Positions 35,147 to 48,199 of a stretch of 64,000 nt of DNA are shown piece after piece; the first letter of the stretch is position 1; each line of letters opens with the position of its first letter. Both the position numbers and the translations under genes were made by a program. The notes beneath the pieces are model-generated. The model was not told where the DNA came from, did no database searches, and saw only the letters and a list, made by a program, of their open reading frames with translations. The stretch spans positions 2,733,303-2,797,302 of the forward strand of contig CAJINV010000008.1 in assembly GCA_905178155.1 (NCBI GenBank), in the 5' to 3' direction. This stretch comes from Amoebophrya sp. A120. Its lineage: Eukaryota > Protista > Dinoflagellata.

Positions 35147-37763
35147 CTAGAAAAAGAGCCTGGTCGGGCTCACGAAAGCTTTTCGGCATTTGGGACAAAC
35201 TTTATTTGGCATCGAATCACAGCAATCGCCACACAGGGTGTGACCACATGGCAAAACCATATCACAGGACCGGTCTAGGCAGATTTCGCAAGTCGGCCCT
35301 TCCGCCTTGGCCCTCTGCTCTTTCTCTTTCAGCATCTTCTTGATAGCATTTGGGTCCTGGTAAAGCTTGCTCATCTCCAGTGCATCGAGTTCGTCTTGCA
35401 GCAGGGAAATCATTTCTCGATTGTTCTTCTCCTTTGCCATTTCCAATGCGGTCTTTCCGTCCTCGGCTTTGTTCTCCAAAATGTCCCACCGTTCCGGATG
35501 CGTCAGAAGGAGGCCCAGTGCATCCACATTGTTTTTCGAAATTGCATAATGCAGACAGCTACCAGAAAACTTTATAGATGGCTTGTTCTTCGGGTAATTT
35601 GTCACACTGAAATTTGCTTTGTAATCCACAAACTGCTCATGGAACAGGAGCACCTTGAGAGCGTCGTTTTGTTTTTCGCATATCAAAGATGCCAGGAGCT
35701 TTCGAAAATCAACCCTGTTCGTCGCCGCGGGATCGGTTAGCAAGAACTTAATGACCGTATAATTCCGATCGGAAAAATAGTGGCCGAAGCCGCTGGCCAA
35801 GTCAAGCTTTTCAAATGGGAACTGCGGATGGGCATCAAAAAAGTCCTTACACTCCTTCTCCGATTGACACGAGGCAAGCGCCGCAAAATCTAACACAAAT
35901 TTCGTTTGTTCGCTTCCGTGCTTCGCCACGTGGTCGATGATGGACAAACGGCCTTCCCAACTCTCACCCAAGACGTTTTCTGTATATCGGAATCCCCGAC
36001 TCTTTGAGATTTCCTGCGCAAGCTCTGCTTTGTCTGCCTTGAGCGCCATACCAAAGGCCGTGACACCATCTGTGGTTTTCGCATTGACTTTAGTGAATAA
36101 CCAACCGAGGGCCAGACCCAGCAGCTTCGTCACCGCGCGAAAACGCTCACGAAATGTGAGCCAGTGTAGCAGTGTCCATCCATCTTCGTCAACTGCATTT
36201 ATCAGAGGTGCGATTGCTTCAGTGTCTTGGTGTTCCAAAATCGCTTCAATGGCAATGTCTCCCAAAAACTCAAACTGCAGGACGTGCTCAGCTGTTATGG
36301 GATTTTTGAAAGGCATCCATTTCACCAGCACAGATTTCTTTCGGAAGTACGTAGGTTTGGTGTTCGACACTTTTTTGATCCTCCCGCTGCGAGGCCCACA
36401 AATTGAGTGACGCCTATTCATTTGTGGCATAAGAAAAGGCATTCATCATGCGATCGCAACAGAATTACCACATAGACCCTTGGGCGAAGATGCGAGGAGT
36501 GTTTCGACAACAGGTTTAGCCTCCTCAACTGTGCTGCACATGGATAGTTCCATTCGTCGGAGCATCGCAAGCAGCTCGTCGCTGCCCTTTTCCTTGGCAA
36601 TGGCTTGTGCGTCAACCACTGCAAGTTTTGAGTTTATCAAGTTCTGGTGGACAGATTTCGCATTTGAAGAAAAGCCTGCTCGCAGAGGAAAAGTCTAAAT
36701 CTGAATGTATGTAAAACTGAAAGAGGATGAAAACGCATTCTTTTTTCGGCGCCTAGTCTGTACCGATGATTTTCCTGAACTCCGTGACTGCAGATGATGC
36801 CCCGTTGCCGTTCGCATTCAAAAGGCAGTGATACCCGTACAATTTCGCCAAGAGCTGTTGCTTGTCAAGCACTGCGGCGTGCTCAATGAGCCTCTTCCAT
36901 CCGTCGGACTCAAAGGCAAGATATTGCCAAATCGAATGCGCAACCGTGCCTGTCCCTTCCTCTTGTTGTTTGAAATGATACTCGAACTGCTGCAGCAACA
37001 CCTCGATCGCTACGCTGTTCCCGTCGAGATCCCGCCAGGGGTCAATTCGCATCATCATTGCAGGTTTTAACTGGTAAAGCAATTCCCATGCACGCTCCGG
37101 CGTCTGCACACCCGCTAGCTTTCTCAAGACGAAGGCGATCTGGGTCGTAAGCTCTTCGGGCTTGATGCGGTAATCGCCTGCGCTTGCGGTATCGGAGCTC
37201 TTTTCCGTTTCACTTCGTTTATTTTCTGCGGAGGCGGGCTCTGCATGCCGTTCGTCATCCTTATTCAGTGCTGCGTTCGAGATGGACACTTTTTTCTTCT
37301 CACACCCAGTGCCAGCACTGCTCCGATCTGCTTGAGATACGCCGGCAGATGGGACCGAATCATCTGGATGCAGCGCATGGCCAACTATCTCGCGAGAAGA
37401 ACCCAAAAGCACATCGTCCTGCTCGTCATGTACAAGGACTGTTACCAAGCCGGCCTCTTCAGAGACTGCAGCAGGCACGGGGACCACAGCTTTGCTACTT
37501 TGTGATGTACCGCCGCCAAATGCAGTTTTCCCCGCAGAAGACGCCTGCAGCACGCTGCATTTGATCACAGAGAAAATCGTCGCTAGCAGCTGCGGAATCA
37601 CAATAAGAAAAATGACGCACCACACCTCGACCGCAATAAGAGACTGCGCCTTTGCGACGAAAGCGTTCTTCAGATGATTGAGGTGGCCAACCAGGCTGTG
37701 GCCTTTTACATTATCCGCCATCTTCATCTTCTTCAACATTGAGTGAAAGTGGTGAAAAGTCAA
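35147..37763 (-). CDS. Ankyrin-repeat plus C-terminal RING protein, probably with an N-terminal TM segment (joining of upstream exons tentative)
   Basis: DEDGWTLLHW, DGVTAFGMA, GSCLHYAI, DGKTALEMA ankyrin motifs; CEICLDRSCDMVLPCGHTLCGDCC..CPKCR RING. Plausible GT-AG joins to ORFs 36446-36640 and 36753-37763. Confidence 0.65.
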
Positions 37764-38250
37764 ATTGAATCACTATTTTTCATTAAAAAGTCAGTACGGT
37801 ACGCTCTAATCTGCAGCGCTTTCCATGAAAAGCTCGAAGGTTATTTCCGCTGTTTCCCTGCATAACCAGCTTCAAGGTCATTCGCATGCGTGAGTGAGGC
37901 TTTAGACACTGTGAAGAGGAGATCATGTAGTTTCGATCCGGCAAAACAAAAAGAGATATCTTCTCATGATCTGCAACTGCAACGATACCTTAGGATCTTT
38001 AGCATGGTCCAATATCAAGATCTCTGTTGATGGCGTTCGGTCAAATGTAAATGACGACGTAGGAACATGATCTTCAATAGTCAGTACTAGCTAGTCCTGC
38101 ATTGCTCTAACACTAACTTGCTCGCCGGCTAGTGCGCAGGACATCGCTGCGTTCGCTCGGGCTTGAGCAAATTGAAATGTCGTCTTACTGCGTAGTGAAA
38201 GCATTGCGGTCTTTCGGAGGAAAAGCAAAAAGTGCGTCGCTTTTCTGCTC

Positions 38251-41200
38251 TTACATCAACCCGGCAAATGGGTCGTTATTTGTTCTTGGAAAGGGGGAGA
38301 ACTGGGAGTTCGCTTGGTTTTGATTATTCCCCATGTTCATCATAGGATTACCACTCGGATTCATGTTCATCATGGGATTTTGCTGCTGCTGTCCTCCACC
38401 TGGCATCATGCCCCCCATCGGGCTCATGTTCATCATGAGGTTGTTCGCGCCTCCACCCATTCCGCCCATCATCGGATTAACATTACCTGCTCCGCCTGCA
38501 GCACCTGGAAGCTGCATTCCCCCGGACGATGAGGTAGATGAATTCATTCCCCCTGTACTAGCGCTACCACCTGCGCTCCCCAACCCCGCGAACGGATCCC
38601 CCTGCATGTTCGCCATCCCGACCCACTGCGAACTGACGCCGGTCTTCTGCAAATCGAAGCTTTGCAACCCACCCGTCAACGTGCTCGAAGTCGCAGCGGA
38701 AGTCCCCGTCATCACTCCAGAGGAGTTGTAGAAACCCGGATCGTTTAGTTGCGCGAGGGGGTTGGCGCTACTAGTAGTGCCGGACATGTTAATACCACCG
38801 GCGCCGGTGGATGTTGTAGTCGTCGTCGTCCCCATCATAGACAGCAAGTCGTCCTGCCTCGCAGCGGAAGACGCTGCGGGCCCCGAACCTGGAATCGGCA
38901 GCTGCATAGGAATCGACGGATTACTCGGCGGCTTGCTAATCGGCATGGAACTCGTCGTGCTCACTGGCGGCCCGGATGTTGAAAACAAGTCCAGCATGTT
39001 GCTCGTCGACCCAGGGTTGGAATTATTCGACGTCGTGTTCATCATGTTTCCAAATCCATCATCCAGCAACGAGCCCCCACTGCCGGAGGTGCGGGAGCTC
39101 GTCTTCGCGAAATTGTTGCTGGTCGACGGAACAGTCGGGCCGCTGAGCAACAAGTCGAAATCGGACTTCGCGTCGGAGGAGGCTTTCGAGTTTGTCACGG
39201 TTGTACTCGCGGCGTTCGAGGACGTTGTGGCCCAGGGGTTATTGCTCGTAGTTCCGAAACCACCTCCTCCAGTCGGACCACCCGTTGGGGTCGCGCCCCC
39301 GAGCTCCGCCAGAAAATTGTCATCCGCGTCCGGTACTCGCGGCTTCGCGGTGGTCCCGCCTTCATTGGCGGTTAGCAGCCCCCCTGCCGAGCCCATTCCG
39401 CCGAGCGCGGCGTTCACGTCCGCACTGTTGTCCGTCCTCGTTGCGTACTCTTTTGAACGTGAGGTGTCCACTCGCTCCAGCAACTTGCGGCACACCTCCA
39501 TCTGTGTGCGGTACTGGTCCGCGGTGAGGGATTCCTCGGCGAGCAACGGGCACACCAAGGGCAAGATTTTCGTCGCGGTTTCGCGCGGCCCGAGAAACTT
39601 GCTCATGGCGTCGTAGGTAGAAAGCAGCACCATGCACAGCGCCGGCGCCCGCTCCATCTTCTGCACGCGCTCGCAGGCGGTCAGGATGGTCTCCAAAATG
39701 GTGGACCGATCAAACACCGCGAACATCGCGTTGATGCCCATCAAAATTTGCACCCGGGTATTACATGCAAAAATGTCTGGGTCTGGAAAGTTCCGAGGTT
39801 TGTCATGCAGTTTTTCCAAGCTCCACCAAGTCTGTATTGCAGGGCCTAGCATCACAGATTCTGCAGCCCCTTGGTGATGCCTATTCTGCATGAGAAATCA
39901 ATGCCCCGCCGGCATGGCTAGAAATGGGGGACTTTTGCAAGTCATGCAACAGAGATTTTTGTATGATCCGCAACACGCATCACAAGCTCGCATCCTTCCA
40001 GACCCAGACATTTTTGCAGTTGATACCGGGCCTTCAGCGTAGACTCGTTGCGCAGCAAAACGGCGAGCATGCGGGGCAGGATTTGGTCTTTGATGTGCCG
40101 GTACTCAAATTTCTCGTGCAGCTGCGGGATCTTTTCCAGAGCGGTCTGCGCGATCGTCGGCTCGGGAAGCTCGAGACAGCGAAGTAGAAAGGGGAGCAGA
40201 ATCTGGGAGGAAAGATTGGCTGTCATCATTCTTGAATGGGTCCGTCTGTCGTCGTGGGAAGATGAAACTTGTCTTTATGCAAAAAGGCTAGGACAAAAGG
40301 GAAAAAAGCATCAAGTTAGCTATACCGCGTTTGCCTCGCTGGTTGCGGTCAGCTGCATGATCAGATCCAAATTCCGAATCAAGTCCGTCACAGCTTCTAT
40401 CGGGATCTCCTTCGCCGAGAAAAGAGCGCGCATCCCTGGCCACACTTTCTCCTGTGATAATGTTCAGAAACGGCCTTATCAAATGCTTTCTGTTTCTGCT
40501 ATTCCTGCTGCTGGGTCGCACTCATACCAGACATCGGTACTGGAATAGCTTTGTAATATTTCCATGGCATAAAGTAGAAATACGTTCAATATGAGAACAT
40601 TTTCATGTAGACTTCGAACCTGAAACTGCTCTGGGGTGAGAAGATTCGGTCGCTTGAGGCACACCAGAATGCACTGCAGCACGTGACCGTACAAAGGCGG
40701 GTAGTTTAGAGCGCGGACCAGCTGGGGCAGAACCCTTTCGCGGAGCTGTTGTGATAAGTGGACAGAAAATAATCTGTGATGCGCCCTGCCCAAAAAGCAA
40801 CAGTTCCCTGAAAAAAATGTTTTTTGTCCTTTTCCCGAACAAATTTATGTTGAAAATGAAAAAGACAAAAACAACAAGGCAATCTCTACAATCCTATCCG
40901 CGGTCAACGCACTCGCCGGCTGCTCCAGCAGGTTCTTGAAGCCCTTCAGGAACTGTGCCTTCTGCGCATCGTCCTTTTCCGACAGAGTCTCTAAAAACCG
41001 CAAAGCCTTGATGTGGATGTCCTGAAAGAACTCCGATTGTAGAAAGGCGCTGATATCGATGCGGTGCTCCGGGTTCGGCGCAAGCATGCCACACAGGATG
41101 GAAACCAGCTCCGGTGGGACCTTGGCGTGCAGGTCCTTGAGTGGGAGAAGCTGCTGGAGCTTCGACTGGTGCCCATTCCTGTCGTACCGCCCGAGCTGGG

Positions 41201-42548
41201 TGTTTGTTGTATGAAATGCATCCTTTCTGTAGATAGTGCTACAGATCATCGAAACGACATTATTTCTGGCAAGTTGACAAACGAGAAGGAGAAGCAAAAC
41301 GCATGCGATTCTATATACTAAAAAAGACAAAATCTGGCTCGTTGCAGTAGATCATACCGCAGCCAGCAGCGGTCTTTTCTCCCCAAGCGACATCACTTCG
41401 TACGCAATCAGCCCGAGCGAGAAAACGTCGGACTCCAAGCCGAATTTGCGTTGTGCGGTGATTTCCGGCGCGCAATACTTCAGCGAGGGATCCGCCCCCA
41501 TTTGCGTGATATCGTCTGCAAGAAACCCGAAAGTCGTATCGACAGCGGTTCCCTTCGTGATGCCTTGCTGCGCATAAGAAAATCCGCCGAGGAACCACCG
41601 TCCTTGCTCGGACACAAAGATGTTACAGGGCTGCACGCCGAGGTGCGCAGTCTTCGCGTCCTGGTGCAGGAAACGAATGGCCTCAGCGAGGTCGAGCAGC
41701 CCGCATTTCATTTCCAAAGCAGTCAGCTCCTTCGCGTTCTGTAGTGCGTTTTGTTTGCATTTTTGAGGAGATGAAATTCGCATCGTCTACGCCTCCAGCA
41801 CCGAAGTGGGCTCCACAGATTGTGTGCTTCGCCTCATTCGTTCCCGCTCTTGCAAAACTGTACTTGGTATGATTATCACACTATGCATGTCATCAACAGG
41901 TAAAAAAACTCTACACCTTTTCCAGCAGAGTCGCCAAATTCGTTTTCACGTGCCTCGTGGCGAATGCAAGCGTCAGTTTCTCCTCCACGAGAGGTTCCAA
42001 GACGTGTAGAATGTTGGGGTGTCGCAGGCGCTGCAGCATCTGTGCATCCCTCCGAAGACATTCGAGGACCTAAGTTAGTGTCAGTGGATAAATTCATCGG
42101 TCAAGTAGAACTCTGCTTCTGCCTCGGCACGTCCGACATTAGAGCTACGAAAATACATCGCTCTGAAAACTACGTCAGTTTTACTGGCTTAGACTAGAGC
42201 TGCTGCCAGAGGTAGAGAAGAGTCAACTAGAGGGAGACGACGGCTTTTGTGCCGGAAAACAAACTATTTTATTGCAGTTAGGTGCCTACTGTACTTCTAC
42301 TTTCGCATAAGAAAATAATCAGTTGCGCATGTAGTCCCTGATACCGCGTCCTTCTGCCGGTTTTTGTCAAGGAGCTTTTTCTCAAACAGAAACACGGTAA
42401 GCGGTTCGGTCGGACGGTCCGTGTGGGTCGCGGGACAGCAGGTCCATCGCACGTCGAGACCCTCGCAAGAGGGAGTTTTCTCCAGCTTGTAGGAGCTGTT
42501 GAGCACCTTGTTGCCCATCACATGCTCCTGGAAAAAACGCTGGAACAT
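38251..42548 (-). CDS. SCY1-like pseudokinase (SCYL2-like) with HEAT region and low-complexity tail
   Basis: VFLFEKK, LQRLRHPNILHVLEPLVEE..LAFAT, EMKCGLLDLAEAIRFLH..AHLGVQPCNIFV..GRWFLGGFSY, PSLKYCAPE, SDVFSLG, ILPLVCPLLAEESLTADQY; mostly GT-AG introns. Confidence 0.85.
39759..40025. mobile_element. Introner, family B (related to 45263-45523), in the SCYL2-like gene
   Basis: TIR of about 50 bp containing tgcaaaaatgtctgggtctggaa; perfect TSD CCCGG; removal gives TLKAR-VQILMG. Confidence 0.95.
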
Positions 42549-43733
42549 CTTCGCGTAGATGAATGACCTAAAAAGCTTATCACCGTTTTTAACGCACAAG
42601 GAATTTGATGTTGGCGCGTGGAGCTGGTTCCAGAATGCAGTGTGGAGAAACAAGTCCGTGCTGCTCTCCAGGCGGGGTTCGTGTAGCTCGCACGAATGCG
42701 CCTTGGCAGTTTCTGACTTACGTGTCGCTGACCGGTTCCCCGTTTATCAATTTCTGATGTCGCCGCCCAGAATACTAGCACCACTTTTCTCGTCAGGACC
42801 AACTCGTGCTGTCTGGCCGCTGGCTCTCGCACCACTGCATCGGTAACAATATCACGCAATCACCAGGACGCGCCGCCGATAACTGCCACATCAAACTGAA
42901 GTCCATGTTGTCCATGGTAATAGTCCTCTTACTTCAAGTTTCGCTGACGCAAAGCCAAAATCTATTCAAGTTTTTGTCTACTTCCAGGGTTCGAAGGTGT
43001 CCTAGTGCCGGCCCTCGTGTAGCATCTCTTCGTAGAAAATCGTTCCCGGCGTTATTATGGTTTATTCTTTCTTTTCCAAGAAATAGGCGCTGCGTGTCAT
43101 CCTTCGAAGATGTGAACCGCCATATTAGACATAGTAAGTTTTAGCTGCAGTTTAGTGACAGTGAGAGTACTGGCTCTTCGATACTATTTGATGAGATCCT
43201 ACTGGTGCGCAGACGAACACGATGTCGCAATTTGCAGCAATATGCCTCTACGGGTCTCCGCCTCGGCGCGGCCATTGGTTCACTTCTTCATAGAATCCTC
43301 TTCGTGTAGTGACTTGCTCACACGACTAGCTTTTTACATATTGCTTCACTTGTTGAAACGAGCACTGTCGAAAAAGAGTTACTACTTTCCGGTTGCTGTG
43401 TCGGTCTGAAAAAATGTACGTTTGATATGGAATTACAGGCAAGACAAGATGAATAATCTTAGTACTCGGAGACGAGCGGTAAAAAACATCATCCTCGATC
43501 TTCAAATTTTTCCACAAACCTGATCTCGTCAGCGGAGATAAAAAGGTTGGGCAGCATTTCTAATCTGTAAAAACTACTAGCTAGTGGGAAGTCGTCAGAA
43601 ATCAAACAACGATAATGTGCTTGCTCGGCACGGGCACAACAACGACAATGACACACATCAGAACGCTGCTTTACTTCGCGGCCCACCCGATGAATCGGTG
43701 CCCTCTATTTTACTTCCGGCTCACCCGAACCGG

Positions 43734-46646
43734 TTACAGGAGGGTTTGCAAAGCCGCCGCCGTGATGCTGGTTCGACCGGTCCCCGGGCCCAGTCCGGGT
43801 GCACCTAGCCCCATCCGCCCCATTGGCGGCCCCGCCGCGACCATGGAAGTCCTGCCGGCGGAGCGGGGGGTGAGGACGGTGGGGGTCGTTCTCCCCCCGC
43901 TAGCGACCACCTGCTTCGCCTGGGTGGCCACGTTCGTGCTGGGAGCTGCCGTTTCGTCCGCATTCCGCTGCTGGCGGTACATCATGCGCCGCATGCGCTG
44001 CTCCTCGCGGTCCTGTTGCCGTTTGCCCCACTCGTCGTCATTATCCTCTCTCTCGCCGAAACAGAAGCAACAGCAATCGCTGCCGTACTTCTGTCGCAAA
44101 CACCAAATAACCACAGTCACAACCACCAGGCTCAGAACGGGTATGAGCACCAGCAAGGTCACGTTGGTCATGTTTCCGCAGGGGCCAACGTCCAGCTTCT
44201 CCACGCCAAAGCTATGGAAACGAAGGGTGGGAGGCGGAAGGAACAGGAAGTCGTTTTTTTCACCTTTGCGGACGTTCGTATTGAATATGAAACTAAATGC
44301 GACCACATTGCACGCTTGAGGCATAAGTGCGCGGCTGGAACTCAACGAAGCTGAAAAATACAGAGAGGTGACGTGCCACCTTTAAGTTTTTTCCTCACGG
44401 GGCGGCAAAAACAAGAACGGATTTCCGCCCGTCAAGTAATGCAAAAATTTGTCTTTCACCATCACCTCTTAGAAATGGTATGGTATCTTTTGAAGAAATG
44501 TCGACTATGCAAGAATATCGAAATTCTTCTCAAAAACCAATTAAGTATAGATTGTCAACTTCATCCTGCGACCCACTCATCGGTTTTTTACTATTTCATA
44601 AAAGCACGTGAGCACGTCTCTCCTGTCGACGGGGGTGCCCATGATGCCATTCGGCCCGAAGTACAGCACGCACGTGGGGTAACGGCTGCCTTCCGTCCTG
44701 TAAATTGAGAAGCCCAAACACGGCAGATCGTCGGTGATCACTTCCAGAATCTCCGCGGTCTCCTTGGTACAGTACGCTGCACACTCCTCCACGAAGACCT
44801 CTGGCTTCTCATCTCGGGCCGCCAAGAGAGAAGCAAGTTTGGCTTTCTCGAGGCGGTTGACGCTGTCCACAGTGTACCCGTGTACCTCCAACTCGTTGGC
44901 AATGTGCGGCAGCGCGTTGCGTATCAGCTGCGGGTCGGTCTGCAGATCGTCGGCGAGAGACTCGTGATAATCCGCGTCGAACGGGATGGCCGCGCCGAAA
45001 ATTTCTGTTGAGACAATTTTTGTATTTCGTAAAAATTGTAGTTGGGCAGGGTTTGATATTTTTATTTTGCATCAAAACTTCGAACCAAACTAGACGAGAC
45101 GCAGTTCTCTTTCCGATCATGTCGAATGAAAGATAGTATCAAAAAAAAATCTCAAGTCCTATACGGGAGGGATGTTCGGGATTTGCCGGCGTTGCGCCTA
45201 GCGGTGGATGTACGAAGGGGTCTTGCAGTTTTCCGATATCGAAAATGTAGTGGTTGGCGAAGTATGAAATGCAAAAATGTCTGGGTCTGGAATGTTGCCG
45301 GGTTTGTCATGCATATTTTGCATGACCCAGGATATCTGTAATGCGCGACCTAGCATCATACATTTTTAGAGGCTTCCTGATGTCTACTCCGCATGACAAA
45401 TCCCCCCCCCGCGTATCACGAACTAGACGCCTCTTGGTGGTCATGCAATACAGATTTTTTTAGAGTCCAAAGTTAGCATCACAAGTTCCAACCTTCCAGA
45501 CCCAAACATATTTGCATTTGATACGTAGTTCGAATCGCCTTGTCGTCCGTACCCGGACGGGCACACGAGGGACGTTACACTGTCAAACTGGAGAGTGCTG
45601 CGAGGTGCTTGTTCCTGTTCCTTAATGCTCTCCCGCCGGTGGAGTTCTTGTTCTATTAGCTCATCTTGGCGCCCAGAAATACTATTTTCCCGCATCTTTA
45701 TATCGAGAAAGGTTGTCGTGTTGGCGAGAAGGTGGTCTTCGTCTTGGTCTGTTGAAACCCTTGCTAGTCTACTTGTGGGCGTGCCGGTGTACCTCGAATG
45801 ATGAAGTTGTTTATCATCAGCAGCACTGGTTGATGGTGTGCTCTCTGTCACGACCAGAAGATCTGGCACAGGTAGCTCTTGCTCTGCGCTTGCTAACAGG
45901 AAGTCGCGCGGCCCTTCTGATTCGGCAACGGTTCCAAGGGTCCCTTCATATTTTTCTGCGATATTCCCGTGGTCTCCGCCTGTCTGATGAAACGACGAAG
46001 ACGCCGACTCATCGGCCGCGGCCGCGGGCACCAATCCCACTTCTACCACTTTCCGGTTCATTTCGCCAAGTTTCGTCTCCGCAGGGCTTGCTTCGACGTT
46101 CTCTGTAGTTGACGCCACGTATGAAGCCTCAGGCGTGCTGCCGTCTGTCGGCGCGCCGGCCTCTTCCGTGGAAAAGATCTGGTGTCGCAGAAGCGTTTCG
46201 CCGTCATGGTTACCACGATCTCTTTGGTGCATATAGGTACTTTTTCTGGCCGATTTTTTCGTACGTAATGTTGCCCTCTCCGAGTTCACCTCACCGCTGC
46301 TTTTCGTGTACAGATTGCTCGACGCCGCGGCCTGATCATCATTTCCGCTCGGAGATTCATTCTTGTTCACCGCACGCCTATGCTTGGATATCTTGACTTT
46401 CTCAACAACGGTCGTGTAGGCGATTGCAAAGTTGCTTCTGCTGGCGTCTTGCAACAGCAGGCAGATGCTCGCAAAGGTCAACCAGCTTCTTCTGGCCGGA
46501 ATCTCTGTAGCCAGAAGGGCCGCGCCATGCGGATTTCTGGCGGAATTGAAAATGTGGTAGAAGACCACAGGTGTCGCGGTCTTTCGGCTTCTAACCATCG
46601 TGTTCCCGGAGGGGTCTGGGGCGGCCGACTGGTGTAAAAGCCGCAT
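43734..46646 (-). CDS. PAN/Apple-like type I membrane protein, paralog 1 (4 exons)
   Basis: LVCPSGY...ECAAYC..LPCLGFSI..TCVLYF..DVLTC, then TM (LLVLIPVLSLVVVTVVIW) and CCCFC. Introners at 45263-45523 and 44213-44600; GT-AG intron at 45005-45164. Confidence 0.7.
44213..44600. mobile_element. Introner in PAN-like paralog 1
   Basis: TATG..CATA ends, degenerate TIR, perfect TSD GCTTT; removal gives DVLTCF-GVEKL. Confidence 0.85.
45263..45523. mobile_element. Introner, family B, in PAN-like paralog 1
   Basis: Aligns along its length with 39759-40025; TSD CTACG/CTTCG; removal gives GDSNY-ANHYIF. Confidence 0.93.
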
Positions 46647-48199
46647 GTGCTCGTCGGGTTTTCGCCGAGGGATTTTAAATCGCTGGTGCCGTGCTCTTCC
46701 TCTTCTGCTCAGACGGATTTCAGCTCAAGCTTTTCCTTTTTCAACTGATCTACAACATCTCTGCAAATCTATTGATGTCCGATGGGTAATGATAAAGAAG
46801 TAAAGAGGTAGACAATGCCCTATTCCAGTCTTGTAGTGTTTGGTACTAGAAAATGGGGAGGGGGCAATAATTTCAGGTGGTTCTTGCTTGGGCTCTGTTG
46901 CTGCAAAGAAACCGAATTTCTTATGAAGTGCGTACAATACGGGAGTCGTTCCAGACGAAAGCTGCACGAAAACTCTAGAAGTCCGGAACCGAGCGACTGT
47001 AATTACAGTCAGCTCGTGTGAACGATAAATTCTACGAATCCGAACGACAGAAGAGTACGCCTCACCGACAGAAGCGGCAACCACGACTTTGCGACGAAAC
47101 TGGTACAGAAACCGACGAATGCCGAGTTATGGACGCAGCACGTTTTCATCTCCACGACACAAGTATGTCATCATGGAAGAGTTGTGGTAACGACAAAGAC
47201 GACAGACATAGTAGCACTGTGCACCGAGAAAGTTTCTTTTAGTCTGCTACGACAGAAGATCCGGCAAGCCGCACACGAACCGAGAAGGAGAACGCCCTTT
47301 TCGTTTTCTTTTTCAGGTGCAGTGCTAGAATTCTCAGCACCGTCGTAGGTTCAATAGTCACAAATAGAGTAAGAGGAAAAGAAAGAAAAACCAAAAGTCT
47401 CTCGTAATCACAGGTATAACGAATCTTATTTGTCTGGCTAGGATTTCACTAAGCTACTCACTTTTCCCCTGTAAAATGTTAAAAAATGATCTAGCTTGCT
47501 TCTCCTGCCTAGCGGTTTTCTGAATTTCTAGTGGGAGAGGAGGGGAAGAACCTAAAGAAGAAAAACGAATACTTTTACTACAGAAGTTGTTACAAAAACG
47601 AAAATTAATTGCGAGTACAATTGCTTTAGGGAAAAGGGAAAAACAATTGAGTGCTGAAATTGATCTGCGGAAAATTTTTTTTTGGCTAGAACGACGACAA
47701 GCGCAGGGGGGCCGGCGCGTCCATCCTTCAGTGCAAACAAGTAACAGTAAACGTGAAAACTGAAAAAGGCATGACTCACTCGGATGACGGGTCGTCGTGG
47801 TGCTGCTGAATGGTGTTCTTCCTGAAAAACAACGCAAAACGGTAGCCTGCAGAGTTGCACTGTGGGGCGCATTGTAATCTCCTTGCTGATAAGTAGTGGC
47901 TCCACGAAGAACAAGTCCTCTCGTTTTTATGACCTTGCAATCCCAGAGCCGCAACAGCACCAATATGATCGATGACCCACTAGTATGCTTTCAATGTCAC
48001 CTGGCGCACCATCAATAAGAAGTACAACTAGGCACAACTACCGGCAGCATATCTTGAAAAATTGAAATACAATTCCGAAAGAAAAAAAAATAAAAAATGA
48101 GATTCCAGTATACATCAACAAAATAAACAACAAGTAAAACTCGGGTGATCCAAAATCGAAGAACGAAGCATCACAGCCACCTCCTAAGAGAAAGAAACA

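Noticed and set aside
38762-39616. Long plus-strand ORFs (also 23190-24020, 43615-44319, 62010-62744)
   Set aside because: Antisense shadows of GC-rich minus-strand exons with no recognisable motifs.
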